64,000 bases of DNA from assembly GCA_002633005.1 (NCBI GenBank), contig NMRA01000121.1, positions 280,847 through 344,846 on the forward strand, given 5' to 3'. Source of the DNA: Phoronis australis (taxonomy: Eukaryota; Animalia; Phoronida). Each line of letters begins with the position of its first letter. Position 1 is the stretch's first letter. This document shows positions 60,909 through 64,000 of this stretch, piece after piece. Below the pieces are notes generated by a model. That model was not told where the DNA came from. It saw nothing but the letters and a program-made list of their open reading frames with translations, and did no database searches. The position numbers were made by a program, and so were the translations under genes.

Positions 60909-63900
60909 AGCGCCATCAGAATATCACATTGTATCAAGCCTACAAAATTTTGATGATGTCCTATTGGAGCTGCATCACTTCAGCATATGAGGGCTGCTCG
61001 TACCTCCACTGTATATTAAATAAAGGACAAACTCACAAAATTTTACTCCTATAAGCAAATGCAAAGTTGCACTTACCAAGACTCGCCATATCTAGACTTG
61101 AGCTTCAAGCTGCACACTGTCTCCATGTATCAATGCTATCTTGAAGGAAAAGCTCAATCTCATCATGCATTTTTCTATGGTTTGTACAGCAATATTGCTC
61201 GAGATAGAAATGGTTCAGGACTCGGAAGAACTATAAGTTTGTTAATGCCTACAACCTTGCAAGGTGCACAAAATGACTCGCGAGGTGAAACCAACTTTTT
61301 AGCGTAACCTGCAGCAACAATGGACCTACAGTTTTTCCAAAGTTTTGAAACTACTATTCTGGAGTTAGATACAACTTAAAAATAAATATTGCCTGCAAAG
61401 TCCCTTACCCTAAATCTTTAGTCATGTTTACAATTGGACTAATATGTGACTTAATTATTAGTCATGACTAGAATATTTGATGGTGTAACTAAAATATGAC
61501 TAGTACATGACTAAATAAATCGACATGATTAAAAAATGACTAGATCATCGATAGGGTATGTGATGGCATGACTAAAATGTTACTTAAGTGTCTTTGTTTA
61601 ATATGTGGATGTGACTAAAATATCTTTGCTTTGTTTGAATGTGTATGAATTATGACCTAGTTTTGGAGCTGATCAATGATTGGCCGATTTCAAATTTTAC
61701 AAATAAGGCAGCTGGGATAAACAAGGCTGTGTTCCAGGAGCTGAGATTTTTAACTCATAATATGAAGATTCGGGCAGATAGTGGACAACACTACATCATA
61801 TATTTCAGCAACAATATGTTGTGGACTGCATATGGTCAGCATGATTTTAAAAGAAACTAGTTACAGCCACAAGTGAAAGAACACCTTGACTTGACGGAGT
61901 TTGAGAGAAAGCCCGATTGTTCAAAGGGTTGGGACTGGTGTGAAAGCTTGGCAGTTTATTTTCATCATTCATTGAGTGCCAGAGCTGTGGAGAATTATTG
62001 ACAATGCAGGGGTTCACCTTTGGTATGGCAATACGAGTATGTGTCATTTTAATGTTAAAACTGGTTTTGGGGCTAGCTAAATATTTCTCTCAAAGAAACA
62101 GGGAATATATGTGTGGCCATTTATTGTAAACATAGCATTCATAGCTTGGGACTATGGGTGCCACATACGTATTTACATGGGTGTTGCTAGTTCTTTGGAG
62201 GATGTTATCTTATTTAAGAGATGGAAACCAAACCAATTTTAGGAAGGGTTACATGGACTAATTTAATCATTGACTACAGCATTAGCTGTGACTGACATAG
62301 GGTATGTATGAATCAAGTCACTTTTATGCTGGCTTGCGGCAGCTTTTAGTATTAGTAATTAAAAACAAGCTGTCGAGGCCTAAGTAACTAATCAGAACAC
62401 TTTGCATTTACAAGTCAGTCAGTTTTAAGTGTCACTTTTAAGACCTGCATCAACTATTAGTTACAGCCCCGAATCCTTTGCAGTATCGTGCCATCACTTT
62501 TCCTTAAGATATTGTCTGTAGAGTTTTTCTTCGGATTCGTTCTTGAATTTCGGGACAAAATTCACTCTAACAATCTCGCTGAACCCCTCAGCAAGTTTTG
62601 GCTCTGTGTACTTTGATCTGAAATAATCATAATAGGATTTGTTAATACTAACAACGCCACCTATGACCTATAGCCACTGAGAAGGATCAAAGGGGACAAT
62701 TCTTGACCAAATATAGCTGAAAATCAGCTTGTGTGTTCTGCAATTTAAACCTTACGCTTTTAACTCATCAAAAAACCTTTTCGAAAGGGAGAAATTTACG
62801 ACGTCGTAATCCCAAAGTGCAGAAATCAGCATTTTGATTATTAGAAAAGTTTCATAATTGCCTCTTTTTGTGCTCCCACACTAAGTAGGTGCATACTGCC
62901 GTCGTCTCTGTCTGGCGTCCGCAGGATAGTTGTGAAATTTGGCAGACGTAGTCCTACGAACATGACAATGGATGATGTCGACTTGCAGACAGAACTGACT
63001 ATTACCGTAGTTCCTTAACTGACTTTCATGAAAATTGGCAAACGGTTCTCTTGCAATTAAGAAGATGGCATTTATTTTCGCATGAATTCAACAAATTCTG
63101 TGCCACCTAGCTGCCATTTGCGTATTTGAGTCTGATTTTGGCATCAGCTTTTTATCCACCAAAGAATCATTAAAAATATGCAGATGTCTTCGTAAAGACG
63201 AGAGCACGATTGACATTGATTTTCGAATGTGTACGACTACTGTGGCACCCCTTAGTGACAATTCTGTTTTTCCATCCACAAATGTATTTGATAAAACCCT
63301 TGCAGGATTATTGTGTATTATGGCAAGTGTATTTCTACGAGAGTGACAACAGATGACGCTGACTTTCAGACAGATCTAAATACTAACTGCTGTGTCCCCC
63401 CTTCTGGCAAGTTTAGTTTTTTGCATTTGCCTACGGTAAAGTCGCGTGATTTTCGGACACTGAAAATTAATTCCAATAGAAAAAATTCATTCTTGGACGA
63501 ATCTCGCGAAATATCCTTTTGTGGTGCCCGAATTTGGCGACGCACAAAGACCGTTCCCAACAAGTATTGGTTCTTCTTTTCAAAGATGTGCTTTCTCAAT
63601 ATGAAATATTCGGCTTGCATTGCCGAAGCTCAAAAACCGTTCTCGGCAAGAGACGGAATCTTTTCAAAACTGCGCTATCTCACTTGAAATATCGGCCGGG
63701 CTGCGTTGTGAAGAGTCTTCCTGGTGACAAATATGGGCTTTTCAATGAGTGGGTCTGGTTTGCGTTGTTGACGCACATGAAACGTTACAGACAACCGATT
63801 CTCTTTTGTAAAAATGCGTGTTCTCAATAAATAATGTCGAGTTTGCGCTGTCAACGCATGGTTTCCCAATAAAAAGCTGGACTTGCGTATTCGGCGCACA

Positions 63901-64000
63901 AAGAGGGTTCCCGACCATCAAAACATGCGCTTTCTCAATTTTAACGAATTTTGCATTAAACGTAACAGTAATGGATGTGGGAACGAGTTCAGTGAAGAAA

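Noticed and set aside
61075-61130. Minus-strand mini-exon METVCSLKLKSRYGES with a GTAAGT donor
   Set aside because: No partner exons or homology found; not enough support.
62900-64000. Overlapping ORFs near the right edge
   Set aside because: No recognisable domains or splice pattern; the internally repetitive, CpG-richer sequence suggests an unclassified repeat.

Overview
AT-rich, intron-rich eukaryotic (invertebrate metazoan-like) DNA, not prokaryotic. Three protein-coding genes can be rebuilt from splice signals and recalled homology. (1) A CARMIL/LRRC16 gene lies on the minus strand, with 28 coding exons from 48887 down to about 175, and continues past the left edge. (2) COQ9 lies on the plus strand, with 8 exons from 49272 to 58825 (270 aa), head-to-head with CARMIL across 384 bp. 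(3) A glomulin (GLMN) gene with an intronless CDS (50995-52770) sits inside COQ9 intron 1 on the same strand. GLMN has its own splice acceptor and poly(A) signal but no evident first exon. Splicing COQ9 exon 1 to that acceptor turns the COQ9 targeting-peptide exon into a 21-codon uORF, so one promoter region may drive three genes, with GLMN and COQ9 as mutually exclusive outputs. The CARMIL introns hold a 4.9-kb TIR transposon with a nested Kolobok-like THAP element built from two 5' ends, a LINE fragment and a tRNA-SINE that share a 3' tail, a hammerhead-like palindrome, several MITEs, minisatellites and a probable haplotype-duplication assembly artefact. All homology calls come from reading and recall; no database searches were run.
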